A stretch of 11,874 bases of DNA from Deltaproteobacteria bacterium (GTDB lineage Bacteria; Desulfobacterota; Binatia; UBA12015): assembly GCA_046583355.1 (NCBI GenBank), contig JAYGCM010000081.1, positions 1 through 11,874 on the forward strand. The letters are read 5' to 3'. The position numbers and the translations under genes are program-made. This document shows, in pieces, positions 1 through 8,750 of this stretch (position 1 is its first letter; each line of letters opens with the position of its first letter). The notes under the pieces were generated by a model that was given only the letters and a program-made list of their open reading frames with translations, made no database searches and had not been told where the DNA came from.

Positions 1-681
1 GTCGCTGGGCTCGCCGATGCGCTGGCGCGGGATCGACTTCTTCAGTGCATCACCCGCCCGGGCTATCGTCGCGGCCATCATCTTGCTCTGGAACGGACCG
101 GGCGCCACGGCGTTCACGTTGATGTGATCGCGCGCGAGCCTTCTCGCGAGCACGCGCGTCATGTGGTGCAGTCCGGCTTTACTCGCACTGTATGCGTAGG
201 TCTCGAGACCCGGGACATGCAGCCCGTCGACGGAGCCGATGTTGATCACGCGCGCCGGATCACCGGCCGCAGCGGCCTTCTCAAGGTGCGGCACGAGCGT
301 CCGCGTCAAGTGGAACACACCCTTGACGTTGAGGGCGAGCACCTTATCCCAAGCCGCATCCGGGAACTCGGCCAGCGGGGCACCCCAATTGGCACCGGCG
401 TTATTGATCAGAATATGAAGCTTCTCTTCGCGCTCCATAATCTCGGCGGCCAGCGCGTTGCAGCCCGCCTCGGTGCCGAGGTCCGCCGTGAGAGCGATGC
501 AGGTCCCGACCTTCGAGAGCTCGGCCGCGGCCGCCTCTACCTCGGCCGTCTTGCGCGCCGCAATATAGACCTTGGCGCCGTACTCAACGAGCCCCTGCGC
601 CATCATGAAGCCGATGCCACGCGAGCCCCCGGTAATCAGGGCGACCTTGCCATCAAGCGAGAATAATTTCTTCATACTCAT
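1..681 (-). CDS. Short-chain dehydrogenase/reductase (SDR), 3' end runs off the window
   Basis: Not in the ORF track because there is no stop in the window. Manual translation from ATG 681: MSMKKLFSLDGKVALITGGSRGIG...LINNAG...ETYAYSASKAG...VNAVAPGPF. Has TGxxxGxG, NNAG and YxxxK motifs. AAGGA lies upstream on the minus strand. Confidence 0.93.
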   Translation of the reverse strand, partial: MSMKKLFSLDGKVALITGGSRGIGFMMAQGLVEYGAKVYIAARKTAEVEAAAAELSKVGTCIALTADLGTEAGCNALAAEIMEREEKLHILINNAGANWGAPLAEFPDAAWDKVLALNVKGVFHLTRTLVPHLEKAAAAGDPARVINIGSVDGLHVPGLETYAYSASKAGLHHMTRVLARRLARDHINVNAVAPGPFQSKMMAATIARAGDALKKSIPRQRIGEPSD

Positions 682-734
682 AATTTCGTTTTCCTTGTTC
701 GAGATCCGGAATGAATTGGCTAGCCAACGCCCAT

Positions 735-2195
735 TCAGGCGGCACTGCCCGCACGGGCGGCAGCGCTGACGGCAGCCATGCGGCCGAAGAGCATGCCGTC
801 GGCCAACGAGGCTCCGCTTACGTAGCCGAAGGCGGATACCCCCGAGGTCGTGCGGCCGGCGGCGTAGAGCCCGTCAATGGCCGACCCGTCAGGGCGCAAC
901 ACTTCACCACTCGGGCGCGTATGCAAGCCTCCCAGCGTAAAGGCCGCGTAAATACACCCGTCAAGCGTAATATCAATCGCACCGAAAGGAGGTTTCACAA
1001 GAGGCACGATGAGCTTGGGTGATTTCTCGAAAACCGGGTCGCGGCCGGAGCTGGCGTGGCGGTTGTAGAGTTCCATGGTCGAGACCAGCGAGCCTTCGGG
1101 CAACTCAAGCGCGCGCTCCAGATCCTCCCAGGTCTCCTCGACGACCTTCGCCTGCATATCGACCTCGTTGACGACGTAGGTGTCAGCATCGAGGAGATGC
1201 CAGCAACGGCCATTCTGACGAAAGAGCGCCTGCTGACCGATCTGTCCCGCGTAGGCATCTTCGTTGATGAAGCGCTGGCCCTTTTCGTTGACCAAGACGC
1301 CGCGACAGATGCTCTTGGGCGGGTAGAGCGGGATGGTGATGCTGGCCGAATCCATGCGGATCGCATCGGCGCCAGCGGCCTGCGCCATCTGGATGCCGCT
1401 GCCGTCGTCGTTCTCGGTGCCAACGCGCCAATTCGCGCGTGCGGTCTCGGGTGCGTAGCGCTGGACCATCTCCGTGTTCGAGATGAAGCCGCCGGCGGCC
1501 AGCACGACGCCGCCCTTCGCGCGGACGGAAACCGGCCCCTCGACGCGCTGGGCAATCACCCCGACCACGGCACCCATGTCGCCGATCACCAATTGGTCGA
1601 CCCGTGCATCCTCGAGCACCTGCACCGAGGTCTTTCCCAACGAGCCGAGCAGCGCCTGCATCAGACGAGCACCACCGGCGCCCTCCACCTGCGGCTTGTG
1701 CGCGCGCGGCGCCGGGCGCGCGATCTCGCGGAAGGGCCAGCCGTCCTCGCTGCCCGAATAGACGAGGCAATCGTCGGTCGGCGCCTCCTTGCCCGGCTCC
1801 GGGTAAGTGCTGCGCTTGAAGACCACGCCATGCGCTTCGAGCCAATCGAAAAGTTCTACGCTGCGATCACAGAAGATACGGATCTTCGCCTCATCGGGGC
1901 CGGGTCCGCAGGCCGCCATGAGGAATTTGAACATCTCGTCGGCCGAGTCCTCGATCCCGCAGGCCTTCTGCACGGCGGTTCCGCCGCCCATATAAATGAG
2001 GCCGCCCGAGTTGGCCGAGGTGCCGCCCCCGCCACTGGTGCGCTCCAGGGCGATCACGCTTGCGCCAGCCTCGCTGGCCTCGAGCGCCGCGCTCGTACCC
2101 GCACAGCCCAGACCCACAACGACCACATCGGCTATATGGTCCCAGCCGGCGAGAGAAGATTCGGCAACCGCAGCATGCATGCGCTCAGACATCAT
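735..2195 (-). CDS. FAD-dependent oxidoreductase, 3-ketosteroid dehydrogenase / flavocytochrome c (FAD_binding_2) family, Delta4-(5alpha)-KSTD-like
   Basis: DVVVVGLGCAG...ERTSGGGGTSANSGG FAD-binding motif, GQRFINEDAY, TLGGL, GLYAAG and C-terminal GYVSGASL. Start reassigned to MMSERM (2195 or 2192) because the longer 2726 start overlaps the divergent SDR. Confidence 0.88.
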   Translation of the reverse strand: MMSERMHAAVAESSLAGWDHIADVVVVGLGCAGTSAALEASEAGASVIALERTSGGGGTSANSGGLIYMGGGTAVQKACGIEDSADEMFKFLMAACGPGPDEAKIRIFCDRSVELFDWLEAHGVVFKRSTYPEPGKEAPTDDCLVYSGSEDGWPFREIARPAPRAHKPQVEGAGGARLMQALLGSLGKTSVQVLEDARVDQLVIGDMGAVVGVIAQRVEGPVSVRAKGGVVLAAGGFISNTEMVQRYAPETARANWRVGTENDDGSGIQMAQAAGADAIRMDSASITIPLYPPKSICRGVLVNEKGQRFINEDAYAGQIGQQALFRQNGRCWHLLDADTYVVNEVDMQAKVVEETWEDLERALELPEGSLVSTMELYNRHASSGRDPVFEKSPKLIVPLVKPPFGAIDITLDGCIYAAFTLGGLHTRPSGEVLRPDGSAIDGLYAAGRTTSGVSAFGYVSGASLADGMLFGRMAAVSAAARAGSAA

Positions 2196-2283
2196 CCTAT
2201 CCCTTAACCGCGCGGCAGGAGTTCCGCATGCGCCCCTCGCTTCGGGCGGGTTCTGGGTTAAGACGAAAGGCGGAGGGTCAGGA
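2196..2283. promoter_or_regulatory. Divergent intergenic region between the flavoprotein and SDR genes
   Basis: 88 bp between head-to-head ATGs. Inverted pair CTTAACC (2203-2209) / GGTTAAG (2256-2262). GGAGGG SD-like sequence before 2284. Confidence 0.45.
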
Positions 2284-3027
2284 ATGGATATCCAGAACAA
2301 GGTCGCCGTGGTTACAGGCGCCGCGCGGGGAATCGGGCGAGCAACAGCGTTGGCGCTGGCGGGCGCGGGTGCGCGAGCGGTGGTGATTGCCGACCAGCGC
2401 GAGGAACTTGCCGAAGAGACTGCGGCGTTGGTGCGCGCGGCCGGCGCCGAAGCGCTGGCCTGGAAAACCGACGTCGCCGACCTCGGCTCGTTGCGCGCAC
2501 TCCTGCTGGAGACGGCCAACCGCTTCGGCGCACTCGATATCCTCCACAACAACGCCGGCCTCGGCGAAGGCGACCAGGACTGGCCGGCGGTCGCGAGCGA
2601 GAGAGTCGGCCTGATTGTCGATGTGAATCTGCGCGGGACTATCCTCGGCACGCAGCTCGCGCTGCCGCTGATGCAGCGCGGCGGCGGTGGCGTCATCATC
2701 AACACAGCCTCCGGCGCCGCCTTCACACCGCTGGCGCCGCAGGCCGTTTACGCCGCGACCAAGGCCGGTATCGTTCATTTCACCAAATCCTGCGCCGAGC
2801 TCGCCGTGAGCCATGGCGTACGGGTCGCGTGTATCTGCCCGGGCCTGACCACCACCGAGATGGTCCAGGAGAGCGGCCCCGACGGACCGCATGCCTGGCT
2901 ACAAGGCGTGATTGACGCCGTTGAGATGCTCACCCCCGAAGATATCGCAGCCGGCGTACTGGAACTGGTGCGCGACCCCGATTCGGCCGGACGGATCCTG
3001 GAGGTCACCAACCAGGCGCGAAAGTAG
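2284..3027 (+). CDS. SDR family NAD(P)-dependent oxidoreductase
   Basis: MDIQNKVAVVTGAARGIG, LHNNAG, YAATK, CICPG. SD-like GGAGG upstream of ATG 2284. Confidence 0.93.
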   Translation: MDIQNKVAVVTGAARGIGRATALALAGAGARAVVIADQREELAEETAALVRAAGAEALAWKTDVADLGSLRALLLETANRFGALDILHNNAGLGEGDQDWPAVASERVGLIVDVNLRGTILGTQLALPLMQRGGGGVIINTASGAAFTPLAPQAVYAATKAGIVHFTKSCAELAVSHGVRVACICPGLTTTEMVQESGPDGPHAWLQGVIDAVEMLTPEDIAAGVLELVRDPDSAGRILEVTNQARK

Positions 3028-3069
3028 CCGCGGCTTTCCCCTCCCTTGCCCGCATGCCAAGAAACCAGC

Positions 3070-3753
3070 ATGGAAAAGCTCGCCTATCTGCTCTTTGTTG
3101 ACGAAAAACACGACGGGGACGCGCTGCGTGATGCGCTCTGCCAGGAAGCGGCCGCCAAGCTGCTCGAGGCCGGCGCGACCGGCGTGCGGCTCAACGTGCA
3201 AGATAATGCCGTGGCCGCCGGCAGCCCGCTGCGCCACAGCGCCCCACCCATGCGCGCCATGATGACCTTCTGGCTCGACTCGATCGACACACGCGGGCCG
3301 TGCGAAACCGCGCTGGCAGCGCATGCCGGCAACATCGCCGGTTACCTCGTGACCGAATCTTCGGTAATGGTGCCGCCGCGCGTGGCGGGCAAACGCACCG
3401 AGGGCATGAACCAGGTGACCTGCATTGCCAAACGCAAGGATATCTCGGACGAGGAGTTCCGCGGCATCTGGCACCACGACCACAAGAAGGTCGCCATCGA
3501 GACCCAATCGACCTTCGGCTATACGCGCAATGGCATCGTGCATGCCCTGACCGCCGGTGCCCCCACCTGCTGGGACGCGATCGTCGAGGAGACCTTCCCA
3601 ATCGGTGCCCTGACGGATCTCAAAGTTTTCTATGACGCGGCAGATGACGCCGAACTCGAAGCGAATATGGGCGTGATGATGACGAGCGTGCAGCGCTTCC
3701 TCGACCTCGAGCCCATCGAGTTCTGCCATATGTCCGAATACCCGCTGGATTAA
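3070..3753 (+). CDS. EthD-domain (dimeric alpha+beta barrel) protein, probably two domains
   Basis: KRKDISDEEFRGIWHHDH...GYTRN...WDAIVEETF matches the EthD pattern (F-x-x-x-W-x-x-x-H; D-x-I-x-E). The N-terminal half looks like a second degenerate copy. Start taken at MEKLAY (3070). Confidence 0.8.
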   Translation: MEKLAYLLFVDEKHDGDALRDALCQEAAAKLLEAGATGVRLNVQDNAVAAGSPLRHSAPPMRAMMTFWLDSIDTRGPCETALAAHAGNIAGYLVTESSVMVPPRVAGKRTEGMNQVTCIAKRKDISDEEFRGIWHHDHKKVAIETQSTFGYTRNGIVHALTAGAPTCWDAIVEETFPIGALTDLKVFYDAADDAELEANMGVMMTSVQRFLDLEPIEFCHMSEYPLD

Positions 3754-3758
3754 TTACA

Positions 3759-4508
3759 ATGCAAAGATTCAAAGACAAATCCGTAATCGTTACCGGCGGT
3801 GGCTCGGGCATCGGCCGTGCCTGCGCCGAGCTCTTCGCGGCCGAGGGGGCCGGCGTACTCTGCGCCGATGTCTCGGCCGAAGGGCTGGCGGAAAGTGCTG
3901 CGCTGATCAGCGCAGCTGGTGGGCGCGCCGAGACCATCGTGGCCGATGTCCGCAAACCGGACGATATGAAGGCCATGGCGGCAGCCACCGTGGCTGCCTT
4001 CGGGCGCATCGACGTTCTGGTGAAGAGCGCCGGCGTCTTTCGGATGGCGCATTCGATCGAACTTCCGGCGGAGTCCTGGGAGCGGACGATCGCCATCAAT
4101 CTGAACGGAACCTTTTTCGCCGCGCAGGCCGTCCTGCCCCAATTGCTCGAGACCGGCGGCAATATCGTCAACGTCGCCAGCTCGGCTGGCCTCTCGGGCC
4201 AAGCGTATAATGCGGCCTATTGCGCCTCCAAAGGCGGCGTCGTGAACCTCACCCGGGCGCTTGCGGTCGAGTACGCACGACGTGGCGTGCGGGTGAATTG
4301 CGTCTGCCCCGGCGGCGTCGACACACCGCTTACCGCCGGCTTCCAATTTCCCGACGAGGTCGACGCCGACCTGCTCGGACGCCTGCAATTGACCGCAACC
4401 ATGGGCACGCCGCACGAGATCGCCGTCGCGATCGCCTACCTCGCCTCGCCGGATGCCCGCTATGTGAACGGCAGCGTGCTCTCGATCGACGGCGGCGCCG
4501 CCGCTTGA
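3759..4508 (+). CDS. SDR family NAD(P)-dependent oxidoreductase
   Basis: TGGGSGIG, NVAS, YCASK, NCVCPG and terminal IDGG. Starts 5 bp after the EthD stop, suggesting an operon. Confidence 0.94.
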   Translation: MQRFKDKSVIVTGGGSGIGRACAELFAAEGAGVLCADVSAEGLAESAALISAAGGRAETIVADVRKPDDMKAMAAATVAAFGRIDVLVKSAGVFRMAHSIELPAESWERTIAINLNGTFFAAQAVLPQLLETGGNIVNVASSAGLSGQAYNAAYCASKGGVVNLTRALAVEYARRGVRVNCVCPGGVDTPLTAGFQFPDEVDADLLGRLQLTATMGTPHEIAVAIAYLASPDARYVNGSVLSIDGGAAA

Positions 4509-4523
4509 GTACGCGGCGCGCGA

Positions 4524-5027
4524 TCAAACGACCCAGGCAACCAGGCAGCTCTGGCGGCCACCGGGCAGGTCGATCTCGAAATCGTCGCCGGCTCGGCGGC
4601 CCAGAAGTTCCCGGCCCAGCGGCGAGTCCGCGGTAAGCGAATGAACGACCACGCCGTCGAGTTCGAGCTTGCGGCCACCACCTGCCGGAACAAAGAGGTG
4701 CACCGAGACTTCCCCCTCCTCGTCTTCGACCCCGAGCAACGCACCGGCGCAGACCCGCTCGTCGGCAGGCGGGCTGGCGTCCGCAAACCCGCCGAGCATC
4801 GCCACGGCCTGGCGCAGCGAAGAGACCCGCTCGGCCAGGCCACGCGCGAGATAGGAGGCCTCGGTCGAGCGCATATCCTTGGGGTCTTCGGCCCGCGTCT
4901 CGGCGTGCGTCGCGCCGGCCTGGGAGACCTTTTGCGAGCGCGTGAGACTCGCCAATTGCTCGTCGAGCTGCGCGCGCAGAAGGTCGAGCAGGACGGTCTT
5001 ATCGAGCGATTGGGCGGTATCAGACAT
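4524..5027 (-). CDS. GreA/GreB family transcription elongation factor-like protein
   Basis: N-terminal coiled-coil with ATHAETRAEDPKDMRSTEASYLARG. C-terminal SPLGRELLGRRAGDDFE is the Gre C-domain signature. Start at MSDTAQ (5027). Confidence 0.8.
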   Translation of the reverse strand: MSDTAQSLDKTVLLDLLRAQLDEQLASLTRSQKVSQAGATHAETRAEDPKDMRSTEASYLARGLAERVSSLRQAVAMLGGFADASPPADERVCAGALLGVEDEEGEVSVHLFVPAGGGRKLELDGVVVHSLTADSPLGRELLGRRAGDDFEIDLPGGRQSCLVAWVV

Positions 5028-5351
5028 CCAGAGTTTTGCCTTTACTAAGAGCCGCCTCGGGAGCGGCACCCGCCGCTCCGGCCGGCATGGCGGTGAGAAA
5101 AGCGAAGATCAAAGGGCCGCGATTACGAATCAATTCCCTGCATCTCCTTGTGCACGCCGCCACGGGTGCTCCACGACGCCTACTGCCACCGCCGCCCGGC
5201 CGCAAACTACAGCACCGACTCCTGCCTGAAGCAGATTTTCCGGTCGCGGCGTGCGACCGCTACCGCCGCACGCCTCTGCGTCACTACGGGGTGCGAAGAG
5301 CCGGCCACGCCCTTCTCGCATCCCGGACCGATCCCGATTAGGAAGCTCTGC

Positions 5352-6308
5352 ATGGCACGTTACGGAATGACGATCCCGATGAATGGCATCCCCCTGCACC
5401 AGCACGAAGACTGGCTCAAGGAGATGGTCGACCTCGGCTACACCGACTTCTGGTCATCAGAGGCCATGGGGCATGATGGCTTCACGCCGCTGGCGCTGGC
5501 CGCCGCCTGGGCGCCCACCGCACGTCTCGGCGTCGCGATCGTACCCGCCTTCACACGCGGGCCGGGCCTCATGGCACAATGCGTGGCCTCGCTGGCCGAC
5601 GCCGCGCCGGGGCGCTTCGTGATGGGCCTGGGCACCTCATCGGACGTGATCGTCGAGCGCTGGAACGACGTTCCCTTCGAGAAGGGGCTGGCGCAGGTGC
5701 GCGATATGGTCCGCTTTCTCAAAAAGGCACTCGCGGGCGAGAAGGTCACTGAAGAATTCGACCGCTTCAACGTGCGCGGCTTCCGGCTCGGCGTGAAACT
5801 GGAGAAGCAGCCGCCGATTCTTCTGGCCGCCCTGCGCAAGCCGATGCTCAAGCTGGCCGGACGCGAAGCTGATGGCGCCATCCTCAACTGGCTCTCGGCC
5901 GAAGACGTGAAGACAGTGACACCCTTCGTGCACGCAGGCGGCGAGGGAAAAGAGATCGTCGCCCGCCTCTTCGTTTTGCCGATCGAGGACCGCGCCACCG
6001 CCCTGGCAATCGGCCGGCGCGCCACCGCCGCCTACCTCAATGTCGGCGTCTACGCGGCCTACCACGAGTGGCTCGGCCGGGGCGATCGGCTCAAAGAGAT
6101 GTGGCGCCTGTGGAAAGAAGGCGATCGCAAGGCCGCTCTGGAGGCCATCCCCGAAGAAGTCGTCGACGAGCTCGTGATCAATGGCTCGCCGGGAAAATGC
6201 CGCGAACAGATCGAGCAATACCGCGAAAACGGCGTCGATACGCCGATGCTGGCGATTCTCCACACCGACGATCTGCGCCAAAGCGTGCGCGACCTCGCAC
6301 CGCGCTGA
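5352..6308 (+). CDS. LLM class (luciferase-like) putative F420-dependent oxidoreductase, Rv3093c-like
   Basis: GYTDFWSSEA...RLGVAIVPAFTRGP...GRFVMGLGTSS...PILLAALRKPMLKLAGREADGAILNW. AGGAAG SD-like sequence before ATG 5352. Confidence 0.88.
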   Translation: MARYGMTIPMNGIPLHQHEDWLKEMVDLGYTDFWSSEAMGHDGFTPLALAAAWAPTARLGVAIVPAFTRGPGLMAQCVASLADAAPGRFVMGLGTSSDVIVERWNDVPFEKGLAQVRDMVRFLKKALAGEKVTEEFDRFNVRGFRLGVKLEKQPPILLAALRKPMLKLAGREADGAILNWLSAEDVKTVTPFVHAGGEGKEIVARLFVLPIEDRATALAIGRRATAAYLNVGVYAAYHEWLGRGDRLKEMWRLWKEGDRKAALEAIPEEVVDELVINGSPGKCREQIEQYRENGVDTPMLAILHTDDLRQSVRDLAPR

Positions 6309-6362
6309 ATTCCATGCGAGAGATCTCTTGGAGGCCCGTGGGCCTCGCACCCGGAGGATGAC

Positions 6363-6827
6363 ATGAGCGAGACAGAAAAAGAGACCGCCAAAGGCCGCCA
6401 GCCGCCGAGCTGGATACTCAAATTAGTGACCCGGATGCATGTATTCCTGCACCGGGCCAGCGGCGGCAGAATGTTCAATACCCTGGGCGGAGACGAAGTC
6501 TGCTTTGTCGACATGACGGGTGCGAAATCCGGCCGTCTCCTGACCATCCCCCTGATGTACATTCCCTACGAAAAGGGCTTGGTATTGGTCGCCTCATTGG
6601 GCGGCGCGCCGAAGAACCCGGTCTGGTTCTACAACATCAAAAAGAACCCCGACATCGAAGTCACGCACCGCGGCCAGCGCTGGAAGCTGCATGCACGCCT
6701 CGCGAGTTCGGAAGAAAAAGCGGTGATCTGGCCGATCGCCGACTCGCATTACGCGCCCTTCGCCGACTACCGCAAGCGCACCAGCCGCGACATCCCCATC
6801 TTCATCTGCGAACCCGCCGAGGCCTGA
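6363..6827 (+). CDS. Deazaflavin (F420H2)-dependent nitroreductase/quinone reductase, Ddn family (FDOR-A)
   Basis: TGAKSG...TIPLMY...LVASLGGAPKNPVWFYNIKKNP...FADYRKRTSRDIPIF signature. GGAGG SD upstream. Confidence 0.93.
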   Translation: MSETEKETAKGRQPPSWILKLVTRMHVFLHRASGGRMFNTLGGDEVCFVDMTGAKSGRLLTIPLMYIPYEKGLVLVASLGGAPKNPVWFYNIKKNPDIEVTHRGQRWKLHARLASSEEKAVIWPIADSHYAPFADYRKRTSRDIPIFICEPAEA

Positions 6828-6841
6828 AGCAGCACGCCGCC

Positions 6842-6866
6842 GCCCAGGTCCTTGCCGGATCTGGGC
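6842..6866. other. GC-rich hairpin downstream of the Ddn-like gene
   Basis: GCCCAGGTCC-ttgcc-GGATCTGGGC forms 10 bp with one G-U. There is no U-tract, so function is unclear. Confidence 0.35.
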
Positions 6867-6946
6867 CGGCGCGGCGCGGAGAGCAGCGCTCGGGGCTTGC
6901 ATGATATGGGTCCGCGCGGCATTCTGGTCGAGAGAAGCCAGCCCGC

Positions 6947-8164
6947 ATGTCGATTGACCACAGAACCCGACGCCACGTCGATGTTCAGGCGCTGAGCCGG
7001 GACGAGATCTTCGATACGCTGCTGCCCGAGGCGACGCGGCGCTACGGCCGGCTCGCGGCGCGCGGCATCCAGCAGAGCGCGCTCGGCTCGCTCGCCTTTG
7101 CCGTCGACGGCCGCGCTCTTACGCTGCGCGAGGAAGGCGGCGAACTCAGACTCGAAGAAGGCAGCGAGAACGCTGCAACCCGCGCGACACTCGACGAGCA
7201 CGCGCTCTCCGACCTCGTCCAGGACGTAAAATCCGCCATGGGCCTCGCCATGACCGCGCGCGTCGAGATTTCCGGCAAGGGAATCGCCGGCTGGATCGCC
7301 TGGGAACCCGTCTTCCGTGCCCTCTTTGACGGCCGCCCCGTCTACGAAAACGGCTCGGTGAAAATACTCGACGGCCAGGGCAAGCCGCTCGCGCTCGACC
7401 ATGCTTTCACGCTTGACGACGACCGCGAAGAGATCGCTGCGTTTCTCCGCCAGGCCGGCTTCCTGCATATCCGCGGCGTCTTCACCGAAGACGAGATGCA
7501 AGCGGTGGCCGCGGACCTCGACACGGCTCTGGCTGCGGCCAAGAAAGACGACGGCGCCTCGTGGTGGGCGACCAATAGCGCCGGCACCGAACTGCCCGTG
7601 CGCGTGCTCAATTTCCAGGAGCGCTCATCCACTTTACGTGAACTTCTCGCCGACGATCGATTGCAATGGCTCGCGAACCTGACCGGCGACAGCCACCACG
7701 GCGGCACCATGAGTGCCGAGGGCCTGATCAAGCCACTCAATATCGCCACCGGCCTCTCCGACCTGCCCTGGCATAAGGACTGCGGCCAAGGCGGCCACTC
7801 GTATCTCTGCAACAGCATGACCGTCGGCATCTCGGTCACCGGAGCCGGCCGCCGCGGCGGCGCCCTCGGCGTCGTACCCGGCTCGCACCGCGCCAACGTC
7901 CAGACCGCGCGCCTCGACCCCAACCTCGACCTCGCCCCACGCCTGCTTGAGACCCGAAAAGGCGACCTCACGATCCACTGCAGCGACACGCTGCATATGA
8001 GCCACCGCCCCAAGGACCACCCCCGCAAGGTCGTCTACACAGGTTTCCGCCTGCAACCCAAAGCGGGCGACCGCCTACCCGAAACCCCCGAGCGCCGCGC
8101 ACGCGCCGACCGCGCAGCCCTGACCAACGTCCAGACCCGCATCGCCGCCGCCGAACGCTCCTAG
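6947..8164 (+). CDS. Phytanoyl-CoA dioxygenase (PhyH, Fe/2OG) family protein with N-terminal SCP2-like extension
   Basis: FLRQAGFLHIRGVF, facial triad WHKD plus distal H in DTLHMS, LGVVPGSHR, GDLTIH and PRKVVY. About 130 extra N-terminal residues have an SCP2-like pattern (inferred). Confidence 0.85.
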   Translation: MSIDHRTRRHVDVQALSRDEIFDTLLPEATRRYGRLAARGIQQSALGSLAFAVDGRALTLREEGGELRLEEGSENAATRATLDEHALSDLVQDVKSAMGLAMTARVEISGKGIAGWIAWEPVFRALFDGRPVYENGSVKILDGQGKPLALDHAFTLDDDREEIAAFLRQAGFLHIRGVFTEDEMQAVAADLDTALAAAKKDDGASWWATNSAGTELPVRVLNFQERSSTLRELLADDRLQWLANLTGDSHHGGTMSAEGLIKPLNIATGLSDLPWHKDCGQGGHSYLCNSMTVGISVTGAGRRGGALGVVPGSHRANVQTARLDPNLDLAPRLLETRKGDLTIHCSDTLHMSHRPKDHPRKVVYTGFRLQPKAGDRLPETPERRARADRAALTNVQTRIAAAERS

Positions 8165-8206
8165 TCACCCGCGCGCTAACCGCATGGAGAACCACCACGC
8201 GGAAGG

Positions 8207-8234
8207 CCGGAAAATGACCGGGACCCTCCGGTGC
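8207..8234 (+). repeat. Dispersed intergenic repeat, copy 1
   Basis: CCGGA-AAATGACCGGGACCC-TCCGG-TGC. The core 8213-8234 differs from copy 4 by one substitution and one gap. Confidence 0.65.
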
Positions 8235-8266
8235 TCGGGTTACGGGTTACGTGGCTACGCAAACAC

Positions 8267-8725
8267 CTATGGGTCGCCCCGCAACAGCATGTCCATGAAC
8301 CTCTTCGCGCGCTGGTAGATTGGCTCCGTGCTCTCTCGAGGACCGGCTACATTCAGGATCTCAATGCCGTTCACGGTGATCCACCCGCGCACTCTCTCGA
8401 CCGCGGCGAGATCATCAGGGGAGCAGTCCATCACCGTCTTGCCGGCGACCCGGGCAGTCAGTTCCGTCAGCGCCGTGCCGCCGATCATCGGTCCCGCTTG
8501 CAAGATCAGCGTCCCATCCGAGTCCTGTACGTTCCGCTTGGTTCGCTCCGGGTAGCCCCACGAAGTGGTTTCCTGAAGGGGATACCGATCGGGGATCCTG
8601 CCGTCCTCAGCGCGCCGGCCCTTCGGACACCATCCGCCGCAGGGCATGCCGAGTTCCAAGGCAGCATCGAGCGCGGCTCGGTCGACCCCGGTCTGGGCGC
8701 CCGATACAATTTTTATCCTTGCCAA
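8267..8725 (-). CDS. Putative molybdenum cofactor carrier / circularly permuted YpsA-type SLOG family protein
   Basis: KIVSGAQTGVDRAALDAA...GGWCPKGRRAEDG...YPERTKRNVQDSDGTLI...GGTALT...LNVAGPRES. Probable TTG start at 8725; exact start uncertain. Confidence 0.85.
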   Translation of the reverse strand: MARIKIVSGAQTGVDRAALDAALELGMPCGGWCPKGRRAEDGRIPDRYPLQETTSWGYPERTKRNVQDSDGTLILQAGPMIGGTALTELTARVAGKTVMDCSPDDLAAVERVRGWITVNGIEILNVAGPRESTEPIYQRAKRFMDMLLRGDP

Positions 8726-8750
8726 CGCCTTCGCCTTGCGTTGCCGGTGC

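Noticed and set aside
1996..2726. Long N-terminal extensions given by the ORF track for the flavoprotein (2726) and SDR (1996); likewise the LLM (5148) and SLOG (8818) extensions
   Set aside because: They overlap neighbouring genes or lack domain-like sequence. Downstream starts coincide with the family N-termini, most with SD-like motifs.
6832..6858. Possible fifth, reverse-strand copy of the dispersed repeat (GCAC...CCAGGTCCTTGCCGG)
   Set aside because: Only the short CCAGGTC core and GC-rich flanks match; better explained as part of a local hairpin.
8236..8251. Short tandem repeat (CGGGTTA)x2
   Set aside because: Only two units, too short to support a function.
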